From an uncultured Clostridium sp. (GTDB lineage: Bacteria > Bacillota > Clostridia > TANB77 > CAG-508): a stretch of 64,000 nucleotides of DNA. The position numbers and the translations under genes are program-made. Location: NCBI GenBank assembly GCA_930987745.1, contig CAKNKX010000005.1, positions 1,501-65,500 of the forward strand. Direction: 5' to 3'. Under the pieces are notes generated by a model. The model saw nothing but the letters and a program-made list of their open reading frames with translations. It was not told the origin of the DNA and searched no databases. This document shows, piece by piece, positions 17,987 through 28,123 of this stretch (position 1 is the stretch's first letter; every line of letters begins with the position of its first letter).

Positions 17987-20060
17987 TTAAGTAGTAGTTA
18001 ATGTTTGGAATGAAGTTGTCATACTTGTTAAACCTATAAATACCAATGGTACAATTAAATATCCTACAAATAAACATACTAAAGGCGCAAATCCTATTAC
18101 TTTACCAATCATTCCTTTTCTACTTATCAATCTTTCATTTGATTCTTTTCTTTTTTCTCTGTAGTAGTCTCTTTCTGAGTCTAATTCATCAAATGCATCT
18201 GTAATTGGTATTTTTTCTACTGCTGCTTGCAAGCTTTCTATTATTCTTATTAATGGCTGATAGCTTACATCTTCTTTCATTTCTTCTAATGCTTCCCATG
18301 CACCTGCTTCATAGTTATTAACACACTTGGTTATTGGTGCTCTGAAAATATTAGAATATCTTTCTAACCATTCTAGTATAATTTCAACATTAACCCTTTC
18401 AATCCTCATAAGCATAAGTATAATTGTTTGGAATTGCATTACTTCGTCTTCCATTTCTAATTGTCTCATTTTTACTTGGAACATTAGAATCCATATTGGT
18501 GCCATATATGCAATTACCGCAAATACAAATGAAAGTAATATCTCAAACCATTGTAAATATTCTGAATTTATTACTGCTAATTTTTCTTTTACCCTATCTA
18601 CAACAACTTGTACTTCTTCGTCTGTAGCATTTTCATAATAATCTAATCTTCTTACTGCCCTTGATATTTCGTCATCTTGTACATCCATTCTTCCTCTAAA
18701 TTGGTCTAAAAGGATATTATCTTGTTCTGTTACTTCCATTGCTGCTGCTTCATCTTTTTCATCAAGACCTCCGGATTATGTCATAATCTGTCGTCGGCTC
18801 TGTATAGATATACTCTACTGCTACATTATGTAATTGTACAAATAAAATTATTGATACAATACATGTTATAATAGCAAGTGTTATCCTATTTATATATAAC
18901 CATTCCATTTTTAAAGAAGATGCTGAGTCTTTTAATAATTGGCTTACTTTTCTATATTCTCTTGTACCTTCTTTTGGAATAAATAAATCTACAATTTTCT
19001 TAATTATTTTATTTTTGTATAATTTAGCTTGCCATGGGTTTTCTGTGTTTTTTGTATTTATATTTGTTGAACCATTGTCTTTTATTTTTCTTACCAATAT
19101 ATATGATAAGAAAGTTAATATCAATATTAGAATTTGTACTACCATTCCTGGTTTACCTAAGTACCAGCTAGCTGTAAATGAGAAGTTATCAATTGCCCAG
19201 TTTTTTAATGGTTCTAGTAAAAGTACTGGTGCTATTGAAATTATTGATAAACTTTGGAATACATAGTTTAATTTATCTCTTTTTAAGATTTCTAGTTGCA
19301 TTTCTTGTGTTATATTATTAACATTTTTTAAGTATAGAGATGCTCCATCTATTTTTCTATCACCAAATTCTTTTGTTAAGTATGATACACCTGCAAATTC
19401 TTTTAAGAAACTATTTGGTGCAATATCATAGTATTTTTCAAGTTCTGTTTCTGGGTCATCTGAAATTAGTATTTCATATATTTTTTCACCTTGTCTTGAT
19501 ATGTTTTTCTCATCATCTTGAGATACCTGATAAATAGCTTCTTCTACCATATTAAACTCATGATATGCATGTCTTATTTCTGAGAAAAAGTCTATTTGTT
19601 CTTTTAGTAACTTATCATCTATTTTATCTACAGAACCATCTATTAATGTGTCTACCATGAATAATTCAAATATTAATAATATAAACATTAGTAAATAGTT
19701 TGAGCTTGTAAAAATTATTGTTAAAACTGCAATTGGTACTAATATAACAAGTGCTTTTGTTAATATTTTTGATGCGCCTTTTCTTGTATTGTACTCATCA
19801 TCTATATTAATAATTTCTAGTTTTCTTCTTACTTTTAATATATATCTTTTTATAAATGGAATTTTTAAGTAAGTCAAATATAATTTCTGGTACAATATTT
19901 CCATTGAAAATGAGCTTTCTCTTGTTCCTTGTTGCAATCTTTGTATTTTTTTATACTCAGATTTTTGCATTTTTTTGGACATTGCTACATAAATCAGAAT
20001 TATTATTACTAAAGCCCCTCCAGCAAATCCCATTAAGTAAAATATTGCATTGTTATCCAC
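17987..20060 (-). CDS. TadB/TadC-like (T2SS-F type) polytopic platform protein; predicted single ~690-aa product if +1 occurs at CGG 18773..18771
   Basis: Two multi-TM ORFs (432 and 250 aa) follow the secretion ATPase. ORF1 ends ...YDII-RRS*, and +1 at the CGG gives ...YDII-G-GLDEKDEAAAMEVTEQDN..., running straight into ORF2. No convincing RBS precedes the ORF2 ATG. Confidence 0.6.
18771..18773 (-). other. in-frame CGG, +1 recoding site (TadB/C-like)
   Basis: mRNA ATA ATC CGG AGG TCT TGA; +1 reads GGA GGT CTT GAT GAA = G-G-L-D-E and is contiguous with ORF 17987..18739. Confidence 0.6.
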
Positions 20061-20093
20061 TTGCTTTTAGCACCTCCTTTTTAATAGTTTGAC

Positions 20094-20147
20094 AAGGGAC
20101 ACACCTTTACTTCTTAGTATTCCTTATTAGCATAAGGAATGTCCCTT
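20094..20147. repeat. nested GGGAC-containing hairpin in the operon spacer
   Basis: aagggaca (20094..) pairs with tgtccctt (..20147); the inner stem is attcctta/taaggaat. Lies between the ATPase stop and the platform-gene start. Confidence 0.5.
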
Positions 20148-20190
20148 CCCCGTACTAACTAGTAATCATTTCTTTTTAATTTCACTGCTT

Positions 20191-22161
20191 TTAGACTTCA
20201 GTCTTTGGGCGTCTTCCTCTTCTTTTTGGGGCACTTTCTACTGGAACCGCACTTACTTGTACAGGTTCTTTTGTTCTATTTCCCCAATGTTTTTCTACGA
20301 ATTTATCAAAAGCTTCTTCATCTGCTGCATCCATATTTATTCTCATTTCTTTTAAGTTGTTTTCTGTTATTGGATTTGTTATTACATATTCACCATCTAC
20401 ATATTCTAATATGTTTCTATATGTATATAATTTTCTATCTGTAACATTTTCAAAATAATGTGTTGCATTATCAAAGAATTTGTCGAATTTTCCTTCTAAA
20501 GTCTTTTCTTTTCTATGGTCAAATGTATATTCATTTTTTTCTTCTACTGGAATACATTCTGTTATTCTTTCTACATATCTTTTTCCTCTAAAGTCTTTTG
20601 TTAAATGTATGTCAAAGTTTAATACTTGCACAACTTGCTCTTCTGCTGTTTTTTCATTGTTGAATTGTCCAATTCTAAGCATTGAGTTTCTTAGTGCTGT
20701 TACTAAGTTAGGAAAAGTTTTAGCATGGTGAGTAAATAATGTGAATTTTGATGCAACTTGGGCAGCTTGTATCATCCATGCAGCTACGGGGTCTGTTGCA
20801 ACCTCACCGATGATATTAACAGAACCGTCAGTTTTCTTTTGAACGTCTAGACCTTCTTGTCCTGAAATTGTTTCCGTTTCTCTAAATGTTAGAATGTTTC
20901 TTGTTGGGTAGATTTTTCTTAAGTGTAACTCAAATGCTGTTTCTTGAACCCTTATATTCATTGTTTCATAGATATTTTCTATCATTCCCATAAGCATTGT
21001 TGTTTTACCACAACCTTGCTCACCAGTGATTGATATAATTCTTGCTCCTTTTACTAAGAATTTTAATAATTCTATTGATTCATCACTACCTGGCTCTCCT
21101 TTAAACCATTGTTCTAGTGTTGAACGTTTTACGTCGAATTTTCTTACAAAGAATGCCCATGTTTCTGAGAAACTTGGTCTTACAACAACTACACGAGAGC
21201 CATCTTTCATTTCGTTTATCTTATACCCATTTGTATCTGATAATTGTCCTGGGTTGTTGTATTTATATATATTTTGGCAAACCCTTTTTAGTTCAGATTC
21301 TGTTCCAAATGAAAGGAATGCTAAACGAATTGATTTACCTTGGAAGAATATCCAAATACTATCACAAGCTCTTGGCACTTTATGTTCTGCAATTTGATTT
21401 AAATAATCTCCTCCATCTGTTTGTGCAACTTGGCTTAAGAAACTTTCTGGAAGTCCTGATACACCACCAGACACACCATCTATATTCATGTCTCTTACTT
21501 CGTCAATAGCACTGAATCCTTTATAGTGTTGGTATATTCTTTGCACTACTACTGATAATTTATCTGAAAAAGAAAGTACTATATTTTCTTTTTCGTATAT
21601 ATCATTTATTTCATCACTTGTTATAACATAAGAAGGTTTTGTTTCCCCTTCAACATATTTTAATTCTGCTAAATTGTATTTTTTAATTAATTCTGTTAAA
21701 GCTTCATATGCAAATTCTTTTTTATATGCATAAATTAAAATATCGAATTTATCTTGCGGTGTTAATAAAGAAGGGATATCAAATGGAATTGATTTTGAGA
21801 TGTTTTCTTCTGTTACGCCATATTCTTTTTCTAATAAGTCATATATTAATTCTTTTACATATTTTTTGTCATTAACATCTCCATAAGTACAACCTTTTAA
21901 AGCTTTCTTTAATTCATATTTCTTGTTTTTTCTTCTTTTCAATTCTTCTTCTGAAAGCCCAATATCATAAAGGTTGACTTTTGTAATTTCATCCAATCTT
22001 TTTTTGACAAATTGCATCATTTTTTCAATAGTATATGTTTTATCATCAACATCAATTTTCTCTTCAACCTCAGCTGTTTTCTTCTTTTTTATTGTGTAGT
22101 ATAATGCATAACCTGCAATTCCTACTACTGCTAGAATTAGAAGAATATTTGTTACTGTCAT
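20191..22161 (-). CDS. tadA: CpaF/TadA-type (VirB11 superfamily) secretion ATPase with an N-terminal transmembrane helix
   Basis: 656 aa; Walker A 'GEQGCGKTT', with Asp/His boxes downstream ('NIIGEVATD', 'TLFTHHA'). N-terminus MTVTNILLILAVVGIAGYALYYTIKKKK; basic tail 'APKRRGRRPKTEV'. Confidence 0.8.
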   Translation of the reverse strand: MTVTNILLILAVVGIAGYALYYTIKKKKTAEVEEKIDVDDKTYTIEKMMQFVKKRLDEITKVNLYDIGLSEEELKRRKNKKYELKKALKGCTYGDVNDKKYVKELIYDLLEKEYGVTEENISKSIPFDIPSLLTPQDKFDILIYAYKKEFAYEALTELIKKYNLAELKYVEGETKPSYVITSDEINDIYEKENIVLSFSDKLSVVVQRIYQHYKGFSAIDEVRDMNIDGVSGGVSGLPESFLSQVAQTDGGDYLNQIAEHKVPRACDSIWIFFQGKSIRLAFLSFGTESELKRVCQNIYKYNNPGQLSDTNGYKINEMKDGSRVVVVRPSFSETWAFFVRKFDVKRSTLEQWFKGEPGSDESIELLKFLVKGARIISITGEQGCGKTTMLMGMIENIYETMNIRVQETAFELHLRKIYPTRNILTFRETETISGQEGLDVQKKTDGSVNIIGEVATDPVAAWMIQAAQVASKFTLFTHHAKTFPNLVTALRNSMLRIGQFNNEKTAEEQVVQVLNFDIHLTKDFRGKRYVERITECIPVEEKNEYTFDHRKEKTLEGKFDKFFDNATHYFENVTDRKLYTYRNILEYVDGEYVITNPITENNLKEMRINMDAADEEAFDKFVEKHWGNRTKEPVQVSAVPVESAPKRRGRRPKTEV

Positions 22162-22175
22162 TTAGGTCTCCCTCC

Positions 22176-23012
22176 TTACAATTTCATTGATAAATCTTTT
22201 AATCTGTATATAATATTTTCTCCTGCTCTTTTAACTTCACTTAAGAAAAACGCATTTCTGTCATCTTCGCCTACATTTCTTATTTTTAAGAAAAACTCTG
22301 GCACTTTTGCTTCTTCACATGCTTCAAAAAATAACGTATTATATGGTATTGTTGATACATCGTTTTTTTCCTTCATGTATCTTGTAATATTTTTTATTGA
22401 GTATTTTGAATATTTATCATATCTGTTTATTAATAACAAAGATTTTTTAAATTTCAGTTCTGTACCATTTGCTTTATCTTCCATGTATTTATCTATACTT
22501 GTTAATCTTTGGCTTAGGTTTATAACAACTAAATTGCTATTTTGTAATATTTGTTCTCTTAGTTGTTTTGGTACAGATAAATCTAAGTCTACAAAAACTA
22601 AGTCATAATTTTTATTTGCTAAATTTATAATGTCTGGATATGTATCAACTATTTCTTCATATTCTCTAGAGTTTCCTTTTGAACTCTGTAATATTTCCAA
22701 TCTGTCTTTAAAAATTGCTTTAGTATAATTAATTATATTTTCTGGAGTTAATCTTTTACTTTTCATTGCTCTTGCGGCTGACTCTACACCATCTTCTGTT
22801 GCAATACTTGCATTTGGTCCAAATAATCCTAGGTTTAGTTTTTTCTTTTTAGGTTTCCAAAAACAATTATCTAAAGTTTTATCATTATGGCCAGTAGATA
22901 CAATTAGGATTTTATAGTTATGTTCTATTGCCATCTGAGTAGCAATCGCAACTACAGATAGTGTCTTTCCTGTTTGCTCTTTTCCATTATTAAAAAATGT
23001 TACAATTGACAT
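22176..23012 (-). CDS. ParA/MinD-like ATPase (TadZ/CpaE-like pilus localisation component)
   Basis: 278 aa; deviant Walker A region 'FFNNGKEQTGKTLSVVAIA'. Its position next to the secretion ATPase is typical of TadZ/CpaE. Confidence 0.6.
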   Translation of the reverse strand: MSIVTFFNNGKEQTGKTLSVVAIATQMAIEHNYKILIVSTGHNDKTLDNCFWKPKKKKLNLGLFGPNASIATEDGVESAARAMKSKRLTPENIINYTKAIFKDRLEILQSSKGNSREYEEIVDTYPDIINLANKNYDLVFVDLDLSVPKQLREQILQNSNLVVINLSQRLTSIDKYMEDKANGTELKFKKSLLLINRYDKYSKYSIKNITRYMKEKNDVSTIPYNTLFFEACEEAKVPEFFLKIRNVGEDDRNAFFLSEVKRAGENIIYRLKDLSMKL

Positions 23013-23015
23013 CTT

Positions 23016-23714
23016 CTATACTCCTCTTTCTATAAGTTTCATTGCTCTTCTAACTTCAGAGTCTTCCACATTCCCTAATATCTCCTCTGCAATATATTGG
23101 ATTCCATCTTTGTATTGTATGCTTAATCTTCTAAATTTTATTTTTGCAACTCGTTGATTTTCATAAATAACACTTAAATCGCCATTTTCCATAGGGAAGT
23201 ATATTTTATAGTCATTCCATATGATTTTATATTCTGAAGAAAGATAATTTAGATAGTCATCTTCTTCTTTTAGTATTTCTCGTGCAAATAATACTTTGCT
23301 TAAACTAATTGGTTCTTTAAGGTCTGTAAATATTTCTAATCCTTTTTTTAATGAATAATTGTCGAAAGATGTAACAAAATAATTTTTGTTGGCTTCTTTT
23401 AAATTGTATTTATTAAATCCTTCAAAACTGTCAACATCTACGAACATATACTCATATTCCATATCTTGCTCTTTTGTGAGTCCTAAGTATTTTTTTATAT
23501 CTTCCTCATCTGTAAACCCTACTGCTATATCAATATCTTCAAAATCTGTTATGTATTTTACAACAGGGTTCATAGTTGGCACAATATATCTTGATTTTTG
23601 TGTAATAGTGTTATCTACTATTAGGACTTTTTTCTTTAATGTCGCTAATATTTTAGCAACATACAGCATTAAATCAGTTTTATCGTAAGCACCTATAAAC
23701 CCTATTTTTTTCAT
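23016..23714 (-). CDS. ParA/MinD-fold protein with degenerate P-loop (second TadZ-like component)
   Basis: 232 aa; 'IGFIGAYDKTDLMLYVAKILA' replaces the canonical GKT. Adjacent to and co-oriented with 22176..23012. Confidence 0.45.
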   Translation of the reverse strand: MKKIGFIGAYDKTDLMLYVAKILATLKKKVLIVDNTITQKSRYIVPTMNPVVKYITDFEDIDIAVGFTDEEDIKKYLGLTKEQDMEYEYMFVDVDSFEGFNKYNLKEANKNYFVTSFDNYSLKKGLEIFTDLKEPISLSKVLFAREILKEEDDYLNYLSSEYKIIWNDYKIYFPMENGDLSVIYENQRVAKIKFRRLSIQYKDGIQYIAEEILGNVEDSEVRRAMKLIERGV

Positions 23715-23736
23715 CCTTGCTTTTCTCCTTCTTTTA

Positions 23737-24849
23737 TTATTCTGTTGTAGTAGTTGCTGGAGCTGCTAATGATTCTAAGTATTCTTGTCTTGCATTTTTT
23801 GAATTTGTGATACTATCTTGCATATTTGTTTCAAGATTTGATTGTGATTGGTCTCCTTGGCTATTAATTACATTATTTATATAATCATTTCTTAATGTAG
23901 AGCTATTTCCACTATTGTATCTTTGTCTAATTTCATTTTTAGCATCTTCTAAGATATTTGGGTCGCTTTCAAGTAATGCTGATGTACTTTCATTAACTGG
24001 ATATGTTGGTGTTGAAGCAGTTTGCATTCCAGCTTCTGTATATTTTGTTGCATATAGTTTTGCTCCATTTATTCTGAATGCATCATATATAGCACAGCTC
24101 ATATGTAATGTTTCATCTTCTGTTAGGTTAATCCATATTGTATCTGATGATTCAATACCATCTACAGATGGAAGTGATACTTCTTTTTTAGATACTACGA
24201 TATAGTCTTGTCCTGATGGTAACATTAATCTTATATCTATATAATCTCCTGATGTTAAATCTGTTGGTAAGATAACCATGTTATATTCTTGTTGTCTTAA
24301 ATCATCTTGAACCATACTGTCAGCTTTACTTAATAAATCTGTTGTTATAACTGTGTTTGCTCTCATATCAACTTTAGCAACTATTGGTACACTATTTAAT
24401 TCTATATATTCTTCTTGATTATTTCTGTTTATGAAATAATTTCCTGTTGTTTCATCTTGATAAAGTTCATAATCTCTATCATCAATTCTTATACTTAATG
24501 TTGCTTCTCCTGTTTCTTCATTATAGTTTGTGCTTACTGGATTTCCTGATACATCTTGTAATGCATAATTATTAATTACATTTACATCGCTTGTTGCATT
24601 TGCAGGAACAAGTGTGCTACTTACAGGTAGTTGTGTTAACATATCATTTGTTATTACTTGTCCTGATTTTACATCTGATTTAAGAACCAATACATTTACC
24701 ATTGATGCTTGTGCCTCTCTTTGTTGTCTATTCATATTCATTAATTGAATAAATAAAAAGGCAATAATAACTCCCGCTATTAGTAACATTACTAACATTC
24801 CTAATAAAAATGAATTTCTTGCTTTTCTTTGCATTGGATTTGAAGCCAT
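23737..24849 (-). CDS. cpaB: CpaB/RcpC-like pilus assembly protein (SAF domain, N-terminal anchor)
   Basis: 370 aa; TM 'FLLGMLVMLLIAGVIIAFLFI', then a SAF-like 'VLVLKSDVKSGQVITNDMLTQLPV'. It is the first gene of the operon. Confidence 0.65.
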   Translation of the reverse strand: MASNPMQRKARNSFLLGMLVMLLIAGVIIAFLFIQLMNMNRQQREAQASMVNVLVLKSDVKSGQVITNDMLTQLPVSSTLVPANATSDVNVINNYALQDVSGNPVSTNYNEETGEATLSIRIDDRDYELYQDETTGNYFINRNNQEEYIELNSVPIVAKVDMRANTVITTDLLSKADSMVQDDLRQQEYNMVILPTDLTSGDYIDIRLMLPSGQDYIVVSKKEVSLPSVDGIESSDTIWINLTEDETLHMSCAIYDAFRINGAKLYATKYTEAGMQTASTPTYPVNESTSALLESDPNILEDAKNEIRQRYNSGNSSTLRNDYINNVINSQGDQSQSNLETNMQDSITNSKNARQEYLESLAAPATTTTE

Positions 24850-25128
24850 GGCAAATTCCTCCCTTTATTTATATTCTATATATTTTTTTGCAAAATACTT
24901 TATCCATTTAATTTTAACTCAAGTCAATTATAAAATCAATGGATTTGTGCAAGTGTTATAAAAAGTTAATATTTTTGTAACATTTTTGTAATAATTGTCG
25001 AATTTTATCTTTCGTAATTTATTTTCCAAAAATTTCTTGTTTATTTTTTGTTTTTTCTGTGAATGCTAGTATTAGAAAAAGCGATAGTTTTTTCTTTAGA
25101 AATGTAATATTACAGGAGGTGAAAAAAC

Positions 25129-25233
25129 ATGGCAAACTCTTCAAACAAAAAATTAGTTCCAGAAGCTATGACTGCTTTAGATAAATTCAAATATGAAGTA
25201 GCTAGTGATGTGGCTGTTAAAAATATATTTTAA
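25129..25233 (+). pseudogene. 5' fragment of an alpha/beta-type small acid-soluble spore protein gene, interrupted after codon 25
   Basis: AGGAGG RBS, then MANSSNKKLVPEAMTALDKFKYEVA, then 9 element-derived codons (SDVAVKNIF) and a stop. The missing C-terminal half is at 30081..30203. Confidence 0.8.
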
Positions 25234-25242
25234 CTTTACATC

Positions 25243-26922
25243 TTAAGCTACTTCATATTTTTTGTTTCCATTATTCACAACTTCTGCTTCTTTTATAGTT
25301 TTACTTTTATCTTTTTCAAATTGATTTAATTCACTAAATTTATAATAAATCGTAATTTCATGATTTTCTGAAATTGTTATTTTTTCAATTAACTCATTTA
25401 ATAATTGTTTTGTAGGTTTTTCCAAAGATATAAATTCTTTTACTAGTTTTTCTAATTTATTGATATCTTCTTTTCTTGTATCTTTTTTATTTAATAATTT
25501 TTCTAATTCTTTTTTTTCTTTTATATAAGAATCTCTGTCTTTTGCAAATTCTCCAGTTAAATTTATATAGTCTTCTTCTGATACAATCCCTTTGACTTTA
25601 TCTTTATATAAGTTTTTCATATATAAGCTATTATCTTCTATTTTTTGTTCTAGTTCTTTTATTCTTTGTTCATAGTCAAACTTTTGTCTTTCTCTTCTTT
25701 TTTCCTGCTCTGCTAATTTTACAAGTTCATCTTGTAAATCATTAGAAATGTATTTTTGGCATACCTCTTTAATATGTTTAATTAGTAATTTTTCCAATAC
25801 TGGAATACTATTGGAATGTCTTGTACAAATATCACTATATAATCTTGAATAGCTATAACATATTGTAGTATAACGATATTCTCCATATTTCTTTAAAGCA
25901 TAATTGGAATATGTTACATTTAGTCTTGCTCCACACTCTGCACAATATAAAAGTCCTTTAAATAAATAATCATGTTTCGTTCCCTTAAAAGATTTGTTCC
26001 CTTTTAAGATTTCTTGCACTTTATCAAAATCTTCTTGTTCTATTATCGGTTCATGTGTTCCCTTACAAATTAATCTATCTTCTTCTGGTACATTGATTCT
26101 TATTTTGGATTTATAATTTACATTTTTTCTTTTAAATTGTACTAAGTCACCAAGATATACCCTATTTTCTAATATTCTTCTAATCGTTGTTTGTTTCCAA
26201 CTACTATACAAAACCGTTTGTCTTGTTTTTCCTATATTCCTTGACTCACCTGGTACTGGAACACTTTTCTTTGTTAAGATTTGTGCAATTTTTGTTAAGC
26301 CATTTCCTTGTAAATATAAATTAAAAACTCTTTTTACAATTTCCGCTTCTTTTGGATTGACAACTAAATGATATTTGTTTTCTGGATCTTTGCTATATCC
26401 ATATGGTGCTGTTACTCCTAAAAAATTTCCTGCTTTTCTTCTTTCTGTTAGAGAGCTTCTTATTTTTTTAGATATATCTTTTACATACATATCATTGATA
26501 ATACTTTTAAATGGTGCTATATCACTCATTCCCGCATCTTCCATTGTGTCTATATTATCAAGTAATGCAATATATCTTACTTGATGTTCTGGAAAATATC
26601 TTTGCAGATAATATCCTGTATCAATGTAATCTCTTCCAAGTCTTGATAAGTCCTTTGTTATAACTGTATCTATGATTCCTTTTTCAATATCTTTTAGCAT
26701 TTCTTTAAACGAAGGTCTATTGAAGTTTGTACCTGTCCATCCATCATCCACATATTCTTTGACTATAAAAAAGTTTTCATTTTCATTTATAAATCTTTTT
26801 AGTATTTCTCTTTGATTTGTTATACTAGAACTTTCTTCTTTATCACCATCTTCCCTTGATAACCTTATATAAAGACCTACTTTAAAAGTTTTTGTCTTTT
26901 GATTGCTTAATGGTAAGTTCAT
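25243..26922 (-). CDS. large serine recombinase (resolvase/invertase N-domain + recombinase domain + zinc ribbon + coiled coil)
   Basis: 559 aa; 'VGLYIRLSREDGD' holds the catalytic Ser region, plus 'DLSRLGRDY', zinc ribbon 'CAECGARL' and a long C-terminal coiled coil. Confidence 0.9.
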   Translation of the reverse strand: MNLPLSNQKTKTFKVGLYIRLSREDGDKEESSSITNQREILKRFINENENFFIVKEYVDDGWTGTNFNRPSFKEMLKDIEKGIIDTVITKDLSRLGRDYIDTGYYLQRYFPEHQVRYIALLDNIDTMEDAGMSDIAPFKSIINDMYVKDISKKIRSSLTERRKAGNFLGVTAPYGYSKDPENKYHLVVNPKEAEIVKRVFNLYLQGNGLTKIAQILTKKSVPVPGESRNIGKTRQTVLYSSWKQTTIRRILENRVYLGDLVQFKRKNVNYKSKIRINVPEEDRLICKGTHEPIIEQEDFDKVQEILKGNKSFKGTKHDYLFKGLLYCAECGARLNVTYSNYALKKYGEYRYTTICYSYSRLYSDICTRHSNSIPVLEKLLIKHIKEVCQKYISNDLQDELVKLAEQEKRRERQKFDYEQRIKELEQKIEDNSLYMKNLYKDKVKGIVSEEDYINLTGEFAKDRDSYIKEKKELEKLLNKKDTRKEDINKLEKLVKEFISLEKPTKQLLNELIEKITISENHEITIYYKFSELNQFEKDKSKTIKEAEVVNNGNKKYEVA

Positions 26923-27311
26923 AGTTCACTCCTTCCTTTTAAGCAATCGCCTAAAATAATTATAACATATCTTGTGAAAATTTGGTCAAGTTTTGTTAAA
27001 TTTTTAGGCGATTTTTGCATCAATCTAATTTACTCGTTCTAAGGTTTACTAAAAAAGATTTTTTTATGATTTCGTTTACATTTAGTTCTGAATTTTTTGC
27101 AAATATATCTTTTATTTTGTATTTTTCTTTTGTGTCTTTTATTCTTTTTTGTTTACTATTATTCAAAATGCATCACCACTCTTATTATTCCACTCGTAAG
27201 TAAAATATATACATTTATTGGTAAATGTTCTTATATTAATAAGAGTCCAAAATAGTTTTCTAAATATTGCAAGTTTGTTTTTAAAATTATAAAATAATCT
27301 ATTTTCATTAT

Positions 27312-27343
27312 CCCAAAAAAAATCACGGGCCAATGGCCCGCAA
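27312..27343 (-). terminator. rho-independent terminator
   Basis: On the minus strand: GCGGGCCATTGGCCCGTG followed by ATTTTTTTT, immediately after the stop of 27347..27679. Confidence 0.8.
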
Positions 27344-27346
27344 TTT

Positions 27347-27679
27347 TTAGAGGTGGTTCTCCCACGAGGATCTAATTCCCTTTGCCTCTTCATCACTATT
27401 CATTTCCAATGTTACTCTGTCATCATACATAGTTAAGACTGCATTGGGATATATATTTTTTATACTTCTTGCATATGCACTTAATTGCTTCATATATACC
27501 CCTTTCAAAAATTCGTTCTTTTCTGTAATTTTCAAAGTAACGAATCTCCCCCCGTTTGGCTCAACCAGTTCTACGGGAATATTTACTTTTTCCTCTTGTT
27601 TCCTCCGACGATATGATTCGTCGATTGCTCTCTGTCTTCCTTCATTGAAAGATTTTTTTACATCTTCAAAAAATCCCAT
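27347..27679 (-). CDS. hypothetical protein of the integrated element (GC-richer); contains an in-frame CGG read as Arg
   Basis: 110-aa ORF, MGFFEDVKKSFNEGRQRAIDESYRRRKQEEK...; the codons TAT CGT CGG AGG AAA are in frame and the ORF continues 80+ codons. Confidence 0.5.
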   Translation of the reverse strand: MGFFEDVKKSFNEGRQRAIDESYRRRKQEEKVNIPVELVEPNGGRFVTLKITEKNEFLKGVYMKQLSAYARSIKNIYPNAVLTMYDDRVTLEMNSDEEAKGIRSSWENHL

Positions 27680-28123
27680 AGTGTTTCCTCCTTTTTCTAA
27701 TGTAGTATCTCTCTGACAGTTTAATTATATCATATTTAGGCCATTTTTTCAATTTTTTATGTAAATGGTATGTTCGCTTTGCTAAAATATTAAATCGAAA
27801 ATATATAAACACTAATATATTTTTTCTTACTCTCTAAGAAATTGAGTCAAATTTATTTTCAAATAAATTGCAGGAACAGGAAGACCTCTCGTTTCCCGAT
27901 AGCTACCTAAAAGCGTGGCTTTTAGCAGGGTGCTCTTAAAAAATCGAGTCTACTATTAGACGTCTCTTAATTTTGATGATTTTTTATTCAAAAATTTTAT
28001 TTTTATTAGTTTTATTCACATCACAATCAATTTTTTGGCTTTTATTTCTTTGTTTAGAGTATTTATCCAAACAAAAAGAATACCAAATTTGTTTTGATAT
28101 TCTTCACAATTTTATTTTATATT

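Noticed and set aside
24850-25128. Forespore (sigma-G/sigma-F type) promoter upstream of the SASP gene
   Set aside because: Candidate GAATG / ATAGT / TAATATT elements are present. However, I could not fit a consensus -35/-10 pair with proper spacing confidently enough to report coordinates.
27163-27396. ORF 27163..27396 (-), 77 aa
   Set aside because: It spans the terminator of the upstream gene and AT-rich spacer, has no RBS, and overlaps the end of 27347..27679 in another frame.
27840-27965. GC-richer 125-bp segment inside the element with a CTAAAAGC/GCTTTTAG hairpin, considered as a tRNA or sRNA
   Set aside because: It has no cloverleaf features, no conserved T-loop or anticodon-arm pattern, and no recognisable riboswitch core. 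It could be an att-site remnant or an sRNA, but I cannot support a call.
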